DNA of 61,729 nucleotides, the filler included. It is 5 parts of 5 records of this genome, joined end to end, with 100 filler letters (N's around TTAATTAATTAA, not from the genome) between each part and the next. Parts side by side here need not be neighbours in the genome. Positions count along the whole stretch, not along the records: positions 18,101 to 34,215 come from DRR378314_1222; positions 34,316 to 48,144 come from DRR378314_1226; 3 more parts are not named here. One strand, written 5' to 3'. Numbering within the stretch: position 1 is the first letter of the stretch; every line of letters starts with the position of its first letter. Position numbers and translations under genes: made by a program. The notes under the pieces were generated by a model. That model saw only the letters and a list, made by a program, of their open reading frames with translations, did no database searches and was not told the DNA's origin. Of the stretch, positions 25,406 to 36,108 are shown piece after piece.

Positions 25406-27973
25406 TTACGCACCGGTGAGGCCGGTTCGTGGCGATGCGCCCGACGCCATAACTTTCTGCCTAAATGCCATACTCCCTGACGACAACTTGTGAAGCGCGC
25501 TTTCGGTATGAGGGTGTTTATCTGTGTCGAATTTGGAAAGCCGTTCGATAATCGAAGCAGATGAAAACCTTGCTTCAACAATACGTTGTACTTCGTTGAG
25601 GAATCTTATACGATCCTCGTCGTTTCTTCCCAATTTACGTACCAAAGACGCTACATCGGCTGGCGTGCAATAGAGGGCAAGGTCGGAGAATACCTCTTCA
25701 AACTTAAAAGGAAGTATGCACGGAACCCCGGCGATCATGGCTTCAGCGATCGTGCGTCCGAACCCTTCATTAAGTGATGAATTTGGAAAGTAAACAAAAG
25801 CATCTAGTGTTTTGAGGTATTCCTTTGGTGATATGCTTCCAAAATCGTGAACCATCCAGTTGTCTGGAATTCTACCAAGGATGCGAGCCGCATTCTTAGC
25901 GCCGCCAAGTATCTGGATGTTGAAGTCCTTGTCGTTCGGGTATGCCTGTCGAAGGCACAGCTCGCTCTCAAGCCACTTTTCAGCCCCGTCACGCCCATGT
26001 CGTCCAATTCGATAGATAGGGTTTAACTTCGGTCGAGGGGGTGTCTTATAGCTGTTCAAGTCAAAAGTAGGGGTCCAGTCTCGCTTTGAAAGTGAGGCTT
26101 CGGAAATAACATTTTTTAGTTCACGACGCATAACGGGACTAATCGGACAGATTTCAAATCGCTTCGTCGACACTCGCTTTGCTGTTTCTAGAAGCTTCTC
26201 GACCGAATAGACTGCCTTTCCTGAAGGCCGCTTGTACGAGTTGTTGACAACAAAGTACGCGCAATCCGCTTGCAGTTTGTGAAGGTGTTTTTGGAATAGA
26301 TTTGATGTTGCCACAGCAGGGTGGCGAACTATCAATGTTTTGCAGCGAAACTGTGCGAAGTCTGAAAAAGTAGTTATCAAATCCCCAAATTCATAAAACC
26401 GCTTGGAGATTGGTTTCCCTAAGTCATCCTCGATGGGGCAGTGAAGCAGTCGAACGTCTAGACCACTGCGTCTTAGAAAATTCACCTCGTCAATTGAGGA
26501 AGAAGCATTCCCTCCAGGGAAGCGCAGATTGGTGACAATACAAACGTCAGCTGAAGCGCTTTGCATGGATTGCACCGGCTTCTTTCCTATGTGGTCCAAG
26601 AGGACATCTTTCGCTTTTCCAGCGGGGTTAAGGGCATTCTCAGGTGCTGGGAAGCACCTGGTGGTTTGAGGGAAGTCGAGGTAGAGCTTGGGTCCATCTA
26701 GCGTCTTGTGCCATTTTTGAAAGTTGGCTTTGTACTCGATGCGCTCGCGTGCGATTCGCTCTCCGGGCTTGTGGCCGAACTGCGGATGATTTGTCAGGCC
26801 TTCGGGGTTGTCGAGGCATATCATTCCCACAGAGTGATACCTGGGCATGTCTACGCCTGTCGATTTTTCCAATCTCTGAATTAGTTCAGAGTCGCCACCG
26901 AAGCGCATTTCATCCCAGTGCCCGATATTTTCTTCGAAAAACACCCTGTCGCACATCATCGATATAAAACCGGCAGTGCAGGCCCCATCAAGTGTATTCC
27001 CACCTACTGGCGAAAGCCGAGTGAACATCCCTCTACTCGACATTCGGAGCATTCCCATAAGGGATGCAGTTTTACTATTTGAGGTTAGAAATTCAACGTG
27101 GTTTTCTATTCTCTGCGGATGTGCCCAATCATCAGCGTCGTGACCAGTGATCCAAATGCCAGTCGCGTATTTAGTTGCAATGTTTTTAGATATGTACGGC
27201 CCAACATTTTGTGAGTTTCGCAAAGCTATAACTCTTGTGTCGTTTCGAGCAAGGCGAGAGATAACTTCCCAAGTGTTGTCAGTGCTCGCATCGTCTACAA
27301 TAATTAGTTCGAGCGGTTGCCACGTCTGTTCGAGTATGGAGTTGATGGCATACTCAATTGTTTTTTCTGCATTCCAGGCTGGCATTAATACTGAAACGAC
27401 AGGTCCTCGTTCTATGTTCCGAAGTCTAGATGTTGTTAAGCTTGGAAATAAGGAATTGTGTTTTTTTGTATCTCGAAGCTCAAGGCGTGCAACATTGAAG
27501 AAGTCTAGGTAATTGTTTACATTTTCAAGCCATGTACCCAATGAGTCGAGGCACGCCGCTTCGTTTGCTCGTAGTAGGTTTAGGGTATGGGCATCGTCAA
27601 TATTCAGGTGTTTTCCCGCGAACTGAATCGCCCGCTCATGGTGACCTGCTAGTGACTCTCGTCCAGCCGCCCAAAGTACACGCTCAGGGTCGGGGCCATA
27701 ATTTGACGTAGAGCTGTGTAGTATATGGTGAGAAAATGGATTGAGACCCAACCTCTTTACATCTCTATGAGTATTCCGGTGAAGCTCAGTTGAAAAATCA
27801 GGATTCGGATCACGCCGCATGTCCGCTCCGAATTTCACATAGTGTTCTATCGGATCCATCCCTAGAATTTCTACGTCTGGATAGGTTTGGAGATACCACA
27901 TTTCATCAAACCACTTAGACTTGCGAATGAGATCAATGTTATCGTGTATTTCTTTTTCTGACTTGAAGCTCAT
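25406..27973 (-). CDS. multidomain glycosyltransferase (GT2 plus a GT-B-like C-terminus)
   Basis: FDEMWYLQTYPDV...HY N-terminal domain; VSVLMPAWNA, VDDASTD, HDADDWAHP; C-terminal EGFGRTIAEAMIAGVP. Confidence 0.88.
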   Translation of the reverse strand: MSFKSEKEIHDNIDLIRKSKWFDEMWYLQTYPDVEILGMDPIEHYVKFGADMRRDPNPDFSTELHRNTHRDVKRLGLNPFSHHILHSSTSNYGPDPERVLWAAGRESLAGHHERAIQFAGKHLNIDDAHTLNLLRANEAACLDSLGTWLENVNNYLDFFNVARLELRDTKKHNSLFPSLTTSRLRNIERGPVVSVLMPAWNAEKTIEYAINSILEQTWQPLELIIVDDASTDNTWEVISRLARNDTRVIALRNSQNVGPYISKNIATKYATGIWITGHDADDWAHPQRIENHVEFLTSNSKTASLMGMLRMSSRGMFTRLSPVGGNTLDGACTAGFISMMCDRVFFEENIGHWDEMRFGGDSELIQRLEKSTGVDMPRYHSVGMICLDNPEGLTNHPQFGHKPGERIARERIEYKANFQKWHKTLDGPKLYLDFPQTTRCFPAPENALNPAGKAKDVLLDHIGKKPVQSMQSASADVCIVTNLRFPGGNASSSIDEVNFLRRSGLDVRLLHCPIEDDLGKPISKRFYEFGDLITTFSDFAQFRCKTLIVRHPAVATSNLFQKHLHKLQADCAYFVVNNSYKRPSGKAVYSVEKLLETAKRVSTKRFEICPISPVMRRELKNVISEASLSKRDWTPTFDLNSYKTPPRPKLNPIYRIGRHGRDGAEKWLESELCLRQAYPNDKDFNIQILGGAKNAARILGRIPDNWMVHDFGSISPKEYLKTLDAFVYFPNSSLNEGFGRTIAEAMIAGVPCILPFKFEEVFSDLALYCTPADVASLVRKLGRNDEDRIRFLNEVQRIVEARFSSASIIERLSKFDTDKHPHTESALHKLSSGSMAFRQKVMASGASPRTGLTGA

Positions 27974-28779
27974 TGTAATCGCTCTTGAGTGAATTTTGCC
28001 CCTCAAGGATTAGATCGGCTTTTGGTCACATCCGGCCCGCGTCATTTCAGGGGAAGGTCGGACGGTTAATGCCAGCCCACTGCGTCTGTGGCAAGCGTGT
28101 TCCTCGGTGTTCCGGTTGTGAGTTGAGCGAATGGTGGGGGCATGGGTGAGTGGTTGGTCTTGTCGGTCATTCGTTCGGTTCAGTGTGTTGTGAGCTAGGT
28201 ATAGGTTGCAACTCACTTGAGGAGGGAAACTCCCAAAAACACAACTCACGTTCCCACGTCGCGAGTTTTTGCGTCCCGAGGTCGCACGGGTTGCAACGAT
28301 AACATGACATTGATGAGCAATGCAGACAGGTGAGATCTGAAAGCCGCCGATCTAACTAAGGGTGATGCGTCTTGCCGCTGCCCATGAAGCTGTAAGACGC
28401 ATTGCGTCAAATCGATGCCATCGAAGTTTTGATCTGAGATGTATGTACTCTACTATTTTAGTCCCACCCGTTGGCTTGAGGTCGGTTCCGGTACGAGCTT
28501 GTCTTGCGGGGGCGTATCATCGCAGGAACCTATTACTGTGTTTGGATTTCCCGAGGTAAGCCTTTGAAAACACTGAGAGGTGTTGTAACGTGATTTGTGG
28601 TTTTGTCATTCTTTCACAATGACTTACTCCGGCCTCCAAAGCCGTAAGTCTAGAGTCTGAAGGCAGCCCCCGGGAAAGCAAAAGGTAAGCCGTGTCCCCG
28701 ATCATGCGCCACGCCATGGTCTGGTCTCCGCTTGGTCGCAATTTGCTGCATGTTGTCGATGCATTCGAAGGCATATGGG

Positions 28780-29025
28780 GGGGCAGTCCAAGGCGCAGAT
28801 CAGCGATCTGCTCGCTTGCGGCTCCAGACAGGGGGCTGTTCCAGTAACAGGGCTCGCTGACATCAAATGTTGTACAGGTCAGCGCGGGGCTGACGCCCTT
28901 CATCGGCACCTGTGCCACGACCCAGTCTCGGTGTTGAACCGGCCGGATCACTTTCTTCGGAGCACGCCCTTCAGGAGGTTGTTCTCCATGCTGACATCAG
29001 CGTACAGGCGTTTCAGCCGCTGGCT
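28780..29025 (-). mobile_element. degenerate IS3-family remnant (orfA end / orfB start)
   Basis: QRLKRLYADVSMENNLLKGVLRRK* overlapping IRPVQHR...GVSPALTCTTFDVSEPCY...EQIADL. Confidence 0.7.
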
Positions 29026-29293
29026 TTCCACGGCGATAGCTTTGGTTGCAATGATGCTGTCATCCATCCCGCAGTAAATCCCCCGTCACGTGTACGGCAT
29101 AATATTGATCACCCCACGCACACGGCACAGCCCTGCAGCATTCCAACGCCCTCTATCTGGCGCAGCACGCTATGATCTGGGCTTTCCTAGGTCATGCCTT
29201 CTTCATCGCGAACTTCTCAGTCATCCTGCCGAGAAAACTCTACTTCCGCATCCCCTATGTCTGCTCCGCGATGGTGGGTTCTTGGGCTGTCGC

Positions 29294-31462
29294 TCAGGCT
29301 GCCGCGACAGATGTTCTGGGGCGGTTGGAGAGTGGTGTGTCCGGAGCGTTGACAGTCAGATGTGCGGGGGGATGTGCCATGCGCCAACGTTCGAAAACCG
29401 CATCAAGCGCACACTCGAGGTTTTGTGTGTAGCCAGATGTATCAAACAGTGGCGCCCTTCGCCGGTTCACCATCAGTTTGCTGCGTAGGGCCATCAGCGC
29501 CTCTGGGTCCTGAGCATATTCCAGAGCGCGGGCTTCGTAATCGGCATCATCCTTGGCAAGCAGTTCCGGCAGATTCACCGCGGTCAGCAGACTCGCCGCC
29601 ACACGTGCGGCAAATTGCTGTCCCGGCCGGGTGAGTACAGGAAGCCCAGCCCATAGCGCATCGCTGCAGGTCGTATGTGCATTGACGGCAAAGGTATCAA
29701 GAAACAGATCGGCTACTTTCTGGCGCGCCAAATGCTCGTCCTGCTGCAGGCGATCGGCAAAGACCAACCGGTCGCCGGACACTCCTCTGACTTCGGCTTC
29801 GCGGCGGAGGTTGGCCTCTGATACTGGTCCACCGGACAGGAGCCACAGCACACTGCCATCGACCTGGGACATCAGGCGCATCCAGATATCAAACTCGCGC
29901 GGGGTGATCTTGTAGCTGTTGTTGAAGCAACAGAAAACAAAGCCTTCTTCGGGGAGGCCGCAGTCTGCGCGTGTGAACTGGCGCGGTGCGATCTGGCGCT
30001 GATCGTCGTTGGGCTGGTAGCTGTGGGGCAGGCGGATCAGATGCTCTTCGAAATGACGTTCACTGCCGACGGGGCTCACCACCGAATCGGTGATCAGATA
30101 GTCCATCGCCGGGGTGCCCATGGTGCCGGGATAGCCGAGGAATGAGATGTGTACGGGGGCAAGGCGGCTGGCAAAAATTCCGCTGCGAGAGCGGCCAGTG
30201 AACCCCTTCAGGTCTACCGCGATGTCCAGATCTTCCGCTTGTGCCAGCGCGATCAGGCCGTGATCCGACAGCTGCCCGACCGCGTGAAACTTGTCTGCTG
30301 CCTCTCGCGCGAAGTCTTGCTGGCTGTCGCTGCGATCAGGCCCATAGGAAAACAGCTGAATCTCGAAGCGCGACTTGTCATGGCTGCGCAGCAGGCCACT
30401 CATCAGGTGCATGGTGGCGTGGTTGTGGAAATCGGCCGAAAAATACCCGATGCGCAGCCGGTCGGGACGCGATGCCGGTCTCGCCGCGCAGGGTGTTGCC
30501 GCTTGCGTCGTGGGCATATGAGATTCGGCATATGCTTGTGTGCGCAGCCGCAGCAGGTCTGGATTATCTTCTAGGCCAATGGTCATGAACGGTGCGACAG
30601 GCGTGCCGCGCAGGCCAAGATGGCGACGATGCGTCTGATAGTCAGAAATCCAATTGAAATCGTTGAGCATTGCCATGGCATGCAGTTTGTTCGCGCGGAT
30701 GCGGTCGTCATCCGGGTTGATGGCAAGAAGTTTCGCGAACTGCGCATTTGCCGCTTCGAACTCCCGGTCCAGGCAGAGCATTTGCCCGTAGTTTGAGCGG
30801 GCCTCATATAGGTCGGGGACGCGGTCCAACGCCTGTTTGTACAGATCTTTGGCGCGGGTGGTATCACCTAGCTGGCGTTTGGCATTGGCAAGATTGTAGA
30901 CGAGTACGGCGTTCTCTGGCGCCAGTTCTTTCGCGACTTCGAGCAAGGGAGCCGCGTCTTCTGGGCGCCCTATCTCGGACAGGAAGTTGGCAAAATTGTT
31001 CAGCGCCAGCAGGTGATGGGCGTCGAGGGTCAGCGCCATCTGATAATGGGTTTCGGCGGCTTTGATATCGCCCTGCACCGCGTAGACATCTGCCATTCCG
31101 ACGTAGGCTTCGGGGGTGCTTGGGGCCAGTTCGCGTGCGCGGTTCAAGCAGGTGAGCGCGTCGTTGAGTGCGCGGCGTTTAAGGTGGCACAGACCTTGTA
31201 TCGTCCACAGGAAGGCAGATGCCGCATAATGCTGGAGCAATTTGGCACAGGCTGTCGAGGCGTCTTCGTAACGGCCTGCGGCGAAGACAACCGAGACACG
31301 CTCTCGCATTGAAGACGGTAGCGGATCGTTGGCGGATTTTGGGTGTAACTGATGGGGTGGCGCCGAATCGGCGAGAGAGCGGGGTGGGGCGCTGTTCTGC
31401 GCCGCGGTCATCACATCAGCATTCTGCAGAGAGTGTGCAAAGGTCATGGAGTCCAATCTCAT
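29294..31462 (-). CDS. TPR-containing O-GlcNAc transferase-like protein (GT41)
   Basis: TPR array; RLRIGYFSADFHNHA, DIAVDLKGFT, FLGYPGT, FNNSYKITP, DLFLDT...NAHTT.SDALWAGLP. Confidence 0.92.
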   Translation of the reverse strand: MRLDSMTFAHSLQNADVMTAAQNSAPPRSLADSAPPHQLHPKSANDPLPSSMRERVSVVFAAGRYEDASTACAKLLQHYAASAFLWTIQGLCHLKRRALNDALTCLNRARELAPSTPEAYVGMADVYAVQGDIKAAETHYQMALTLDAHHLLALNNFANFLSEIGRPEDAAPLLEVAKELAPENAVLVYNLANAKRQLGDTTRAKDLYKQALDRVPDLYEARSNYGQMLCLDREFEAANAQFAKLLAINPDDDRIRANKLHAMAMLNDFNWISDYQTHRRHLGLRGTPVAPFMTIGLEDNPDLLRLRTQAYAESHMPTTQAATPCAARPASRPDRLRIGYFSADFHNHATMHLMSGLLRSHDKSRFEIQLFSYGPDRSDSQQDFAREAADKFHAVGQLSDHGLIALAQAEDLDIAVDLKGFTGRSRSGIFASRLAPVHISFLGYPGTMGTPAMDYLITDSVVSPVGSERHFEEHLIRLPHSYQPNDDQRQIAPRQFTRADCGLPEEGFVFCCFNNSYKITPREFDIWMRLMSQVDGSVLWLLSGGPVSEANLRREAEVRGVSGDRLVFADRLQQDEHLARQKVADLFLDTFAVNAHTTCSDALWAGLPVLTRPGQQFAARVAASLLTAVNLPELLAKDDADYEARALEYAQDPEALMALRSKLMVNRRRAPLFDTSGYTQNLECALDAVFERWRMAHPPAHLTVNAPDTPLSNRPRTSVAAA

Positions 31463-31661
31463 TTTCGCGCTCTATGGTCCCGGCCCTGGCCTGCGGTCAT
31501 GCAGGAAGGCGCTTCTGCCTACCGGTGAAACTGACTATGAAACGTGAGAATTAAGATTGAATTGACTGCTTCTGGCCGCCATTCAGAGAGGCGGGCCTTG
31601 AATTCGCCATGCCGCTCGGTTACATCGCCTTCCAGTCGACAAGAGAGAGTGTGAGAGCCCT

Positions 31662-31859
31662 ATGGCCACCATCAATCCAGTACAGTTCATCCAGCAGGTG
31701 CGCGCCGAAGTCAGCAAGGTTGTCTGGCCGACCCGCCGCGAGGTTCTGCTGACCACTGTCATGGTGTTCATCATGGCTGCGCTGACCGCGGTATTCTTTG
31801 CATTGGTGGATCTGTTGATCCGCTTTGGCTTGAATGGCGTTCTCGGGATGTTTGGTTAA
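31662..31859 (+). CDS. secE: preprotein translocase subunit SecE
   Basis: QVRAEVSKVVWPTRRE plus one TM segment; upstream of nusG. Confidence 0.96.
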   Translation: MATINPVQFIQQVRAEVSKVVWPTRREVLLTTVMVFIMAALTAVFFALVDLLIRFGLNGVLGMFG

Positions 31860-32055
31860 GGCGCAGCTGCGCGTTTCACCAAGCCTGGCCGCGCCGTAGC
31901 CCCTTGATCTTATCCGCACAGGGGGATAGGTCAGCCGATACTGGAAGGGGCGTGCGGCGATTCGCACGCCGCTTTTTGTTGGGCTGCAGCCAAAGGCTGT
32001 TTGGAGATATTTGGCAGGTCATTCGCCTGCCGGGAACACAAGGACACTCAGGTTC

Positions 32056-32589
32056 ATGGCGAAACGGTGGTATTCGGTCAGCGTTCTTTCGAACTTCGAA
32101 AAGAAAATCGCAGAACAGATTCGCGCCGCGGTCGTGGAGCAGAGTCTCGAGGACGAGATCGACGAGGTTCTGGTTCCCACAGAGGAAGTGATCGAAATCC
32201 GGCGCGGAAAGAAGGTTTCGACCGAACGCCGTTTCATGCCGGGCTATGTGCTTGTGCACATGGAAATGTCCGACAAGGGCTATCACCTGATTTCCTCGAT
32301 CAACCGCGTCACCGGTTTTCTGGGCCCGCAAGGCCGCCCGATGCCGATGCGCGATGCCGAGGTACAGGGCATCCTGGGGCGCGTCGAGGAAGGTGTCGAA
32401 GCGCCGCGCACGCTTATCTCCTACGAGATTGGTGAGCGGGTTAAGGTCAACGATGGCCCCTTCGAGGACTTCGACGGCATGGTCGAAGGCGTCGACGACG
32501 ACAACCAGAAGCTCAAGGTCACCGTGTCCATCTTTGGCCGCGAAACCCCGGTGGAGCTGGACTTCACCCAGGTGACCAAGCAGAGCTGA
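32056..32589 (+). CDS. nusG: transcription termination/antitermination factor NusG
   Basis: [46 protein letters not shown]. Confidence 0.98.
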   Translation: MAKRWYSVSVLSNFEKKIAEQIRAAVVEQSLEDEIDEVLVPTEEVIEIRRGKKVSTERRFMPGYVLVHMEMSDKGYHLISSINRVTGFLGPQGRPMPMRDAEVQGILGRVEEGVEAPRTLISYEIGERVKVNDGPFEDFDGMVEGVDDDNQKLKVTVSIFGRETPVELDFTQVTKQS

Positions 32590-32694
32590 TCCAGCCGTCC
32601 GCGAGGACAGCGATCCGAATTTCCCGTTGGGAACATGGCAGTCGGCCCCTATGATGGGGCCGATTTTCTTTTGTTCAGCCGGAGCCTGCCACCT

Positions 32695-33963
32695 ATGAAA
32701 CTGCTTGTGGTGTCGACCAATGCCGCCCTGACCATGGGGGGCGAGGCGATGAAGGCACTGCAATATGTGCAACAGCTGCTGGCGCAGGGGCGTGACGTTA
32801 CCCTGATCACCCATGACCGTTGCCGCGCGGCGCTGGCAGATCAGCTGCCTGAGGGTCGGGTGATCTATGTGCGCGACAGCGCCATGATGAAGGCCTGCTG
32901 GCGCACGCCGGGGCTGGCGCGTCTGGTCAACAGTTTCTTCCATCTGGAAGTGGCGCGGATCTGTCGTGACTTCGATCCGGACGGTGTGGTGATCCACTAC
33001 CTCTGCCCGATTTCACCGGTAGAGCAGCGCTTCCCGCCGAAGGGGTATCGTTATGTGATCGGGCCGCTGTCGGGCAACATCTTCTACCCGCCCGGATTTC
33101 GGCATCTGGCCGGGCGCGGGTTGCGGTTGCAGCAGCGGATATACCGACCCTTGCAGAAATTACTGGGCCTGTTCTCGCGACAGTTTGCGCGCGCCGAGCG
33201 GGTGCTGGTGTCGGGCTATGACCGCACGCGGGAGGCGCTGGACTGGGCGGGCTGCCCGCCGGGTCGCATCGAGGAGGTCTGGGACGCGGGGCTGAGTGAG
33301 GCGCTGTTTGATCGTCCCCGCATCCACCCGGCAGAGAGCCCGCCGCATTTTGTCTGGATCGGGCGCATGGTGCCCTACAAAGGGGCCGAGCTGGCGATCC
33401 GAGCGCTCTCTCATGCACCGGAACAAAGCCAACTGACCCTCTATGGCGACGGCCCGCAACGGACTGAGCTGGAGGCTTTGGTACGTGAATTGAACCTCGG
33501 TGCGCGTGTGACCTTCGCCGGGTGGTTGCCACATGATGCCCTCGCGGACACGCTGGGACGCTTTCGCGGCCTGATGTTCCCGACCCTGCGCGAGGCGAAC
33601 GGGATTATCATGCAGGAAGCCATGGCCATCGGTCTTCCGGTGGTGACCCTGCGCTGGGGCGGGCCGTTGGGGTTGGCCGAGGAGGGCGAGGCCTTGTTTG
33701 TCGATGCGGGCTCGCAAGGGCAGGTGGTGCGTGATCTCGCGGGCGCAATGCAGAGGCTGGCGCATGAGCCGGATCTGGCAGAGCGTATTTCGCAAGCGGC
33801 GCGCGCCAAGGCCGAAGCGGCGTTTCCGTGGGGCCGGGTTGCGGACAGCTGGTATGCCGCTGCACGCGCCGCCCATGACAGGACCGCGGGCGGATCGCAG
33901 GAGGGGCGCGCGCAGCACGTTGATGCACCTTCAGGGGTTGATTCCGACCAACATAGGGCGTAA
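32695..33963 (+). CDS. family 4 glycosyltransferase
   Basis: IGRMVPYKG, GDGP, GWLPH, REANGIIMQEAMAIGLPVV motifs. Confidence 0.9.
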   Translation: MKLLVVSTNAALTMGGEAMKALQYVQQLLAQGRDVTLITHDRCRAALADQLPEGRVIYVRDSAMMKACWRTPGLARLVNSFFHLEVARICRDFDPDGVVIHYLCPISPVEQRFPPKGYRYVIGPLSGNIFYPPGFRHLAGRGLRLQQRIYRPLQKLLGLFSRQFARAERVLVSGYDRTREALDWAGCPPGRIEEVWDAGLSEALFDRPRIHPAESPPHFVWIGRMVPYKGAELAIRALSHAPEQSQLTLYGDGPQRTELEALVRELNLGARVTFAGWLPHDALADTLGRFRGLMFPTLREANGIIMQEAMAIGLPVVTLRWGGPLGLAEEGEALFVDAGSQGQVVRDLAGAMQRLAHEPDLAERISQAARAKAEAAFPWGRVADSWYAAARAAHDRTAGGSQEGRAQHVDAPSGVDSDQHRA

Positions 33964-34005
33964 CAGCCGCCAATCCGCCCGGTTTCTCAACCGGGTGTGA
34001 TTCTT

Positions 34006-34044
34006 GTGGGAGGCCGAGGCGTCGCGACGCGAAGGTCGGACCAC
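34006..34044 (+). promoter_or_regulatory. rplK leader hairpin (putative L1 autoregulatory site)
   Basis: GTGGGAGGCCGA...TCGGACCAC stem with an internal loop, upstream of rplK. Confidence 0.55.
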
Positions 34045-34101
34045 GCAACGTAATAAGGCCAAGGGGCGCGCCCTGAGGCTGTTGAATTAGGAGACAACCA
34101 G

Positions 34102-34215
34102 ATGGCTAAGAAGCTTGTTGGTTCGATGAAACTGCAGGTTCCTGCAGGTCAGGCAAACCCATCCCCGCCAGTTGGCCCGGCCCTCGGTCAGCGCGGCATC
34201 AACATCATGGAATTC
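34102..34215 (+). CDS. rplK: 50S ribosomal protein L11 (5' part only)
   Basis: [38 protein letters not shown] after AGGAG; cut by the contig end. Confidence 0.97.
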
Positions 34216-34315
34216 NNNNNNNNNNNNNNNNNNNNNNNNNNNNNNNNNNNNNNNNNNNNTTAATTAATTAANNNNNNNNNNNNNNNNNNNNNNNNNNNNN
34301 NNNNNNNNNNNNNNN
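34216..34315. other. artificial contig linker
   Basis: N-run + TTAATTAATTAA + N-run. Confidence 0.99.
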
Positions 34316-34364
34316 ATTCAGCAGTACGCTATGAGCACGCCAAACAAGGCTTATTGTGCCGCAC

Positions 34365-36108
34365 CTTTTCCGCATTAAGTGCGCGTTCTGTAACAAAAAC
34401 GGGGAAATACGCATTCTGGACCCCAGTCTCCTTGATCTTTCCGTCGAGATACCCTTGGATCTTCTCCCAGATGAAGAAAGACCACGGACGCAAGATATAG
34501 CACCCAGAAACGTCATAGTAATCTACAGAGTCGCACATTAAATCATCAAGATGCAGTGAAGATGTCAAAACATGCAGCGACGCCCACTTTGATCGTGCGA
34601 ATGCAGCCGCGTAGCACTGCGCCGCAGGAAACGCGATTAAACGTGTCGCAACCTGACCTGCTCTCAGCACCGATGTTCCTTCCTTTCCTAGCAAACCCAA
34701 AATATCCAATCTCTCTGTCGCTTCACGACGTAACAGAGACGAAACGCAGCTTATTGGCAGCACGATAACTGCTTTACGCACGGACCAACCATGCCACGTA
34801 ACGGCGCATGAGGGCCCTCCGCCCAGCTTCGCAGTAACGCCCAAAAGACACGCTCCCGCAATATATCACTGCACAAACACGACTGCGAAGACCTGAGAAC
34901 TTGGTGCCGTCGCCCACCAGACTGCTCAAAAGTAAGCAACCGGCACACCACAACGCGCAAACGGCAGGCGCTTTGCAAGGGCCACAGTCAAAACAATGCA
35001 TAGCGGCGAAAACCGGCCGAGCATGCCCACCCGCATAACGCTACATACAGGTGCAGAATGCGGGCCCTTCGGAAGAGGGATGGAGGACGCACCAATCATC
35101 CCCGCGGCGGTGATCACCTCCGTATACCAGTATGTAAAATCTTCTGTGCGAGAATGCGAGATCGAAAGGCCTGTTTCCTTCTTCACATTCTTGCTTCCGC
35201 CCGACGCAGCTGAGGCGCTCGACCCTTTCTTATCGCCACTCTGTACAGCAGCACGGAAGCACGGTCAGAAGCAACTCCAATGCTGAGCACGTGCGCTGTG
35301 GAAAATTCGACACATTCTTTACAGCACAAGGATAATGATACTTTCATGAGGCACGTGCACTCCGATAGAAAGGACTCGCTGATGACATAGCCCGCGCACG
35401 GCGAAACTTGCTCGCCGCACAAGTACGCTACCAATTCCACAGCACGAAGGCGTCTCCAAACGCGAGAATACCGCAATCCAAACCAGACACAACAGCGAAC
35501 ATGGAGGACAATCTCTATGGCAGTGGTTGGCACTAAGCAGCTTGTACCTGTTCAATTCCACATGCATCACACGACAAAACGAATACAAACAGTAAAAGGC
35601 AACACGGAAGGAATGCTCATAGCGAGGAAGGGTCAATCTGCACAACAGGCTTACGACGCCTCAAGCGTGCGCTTCAGCCCCAGTGCAACAAGAGTTGCTT
35701 CCGTTCAGACAATCCACCCTTACCCTTTGCACAACAGAGTCGTCAAAAATAGCAAAGCCTGCGGGAAGAAACACGCTGTCTACTCTATACTAAAACCCCG
35801 CAGTGCCGAACACAGGCGATCAATGGACCCCGCCGCTCGCGCAGTCGATGCAAAGTACATTACAGCGCAGCAGTGCTCCGCCGTACCGCATTGCCGCCAC
35901 TCTTCTTCTTTTTCGACCGCCCTTGGTTTGTGGAGCCGGGAGCAAGTTCCTCAAGCGCACGTTTAAGTTCTAAAAGCTTCGTAAGAGCACCATCCAACTC
36001 TTCCGAGTTGCCAGCAGCCTTGAGAGAGCGCACATGCTCGCCTTGCTGGGCAACCTGCTCTTTCAGCTCCGCCACCTGTGCCGAGGTATCTTCAGCTGCT
36101 GTCGACAT
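34365..36108 (-). CDS. eukaryotic prolyl-tRNA synthetase with N-terminal WHEP domain (3' end missing)
   Basis: Exons 36108-35887, 35240-35093 and 34522-34365 with GT-AG introns in consistent phase. Protein: VAQQGEHVRSLKA (WHEP), WYTEVI..MIDYYDVSGCYILRPW..IWEKIQ..NAYFP. Confidence 0.9.

Noticed and set aside
29172-29432. Small hydrophobic ORF
   Set aside because: It overlaps the 3' end of the GT41 gene on the opposite strand and matches no family I recognise.
31876-32997. 373-aa minus-strand ORF
   Set aside because: It is the antisense shadow of nusG and the GT4 gene.
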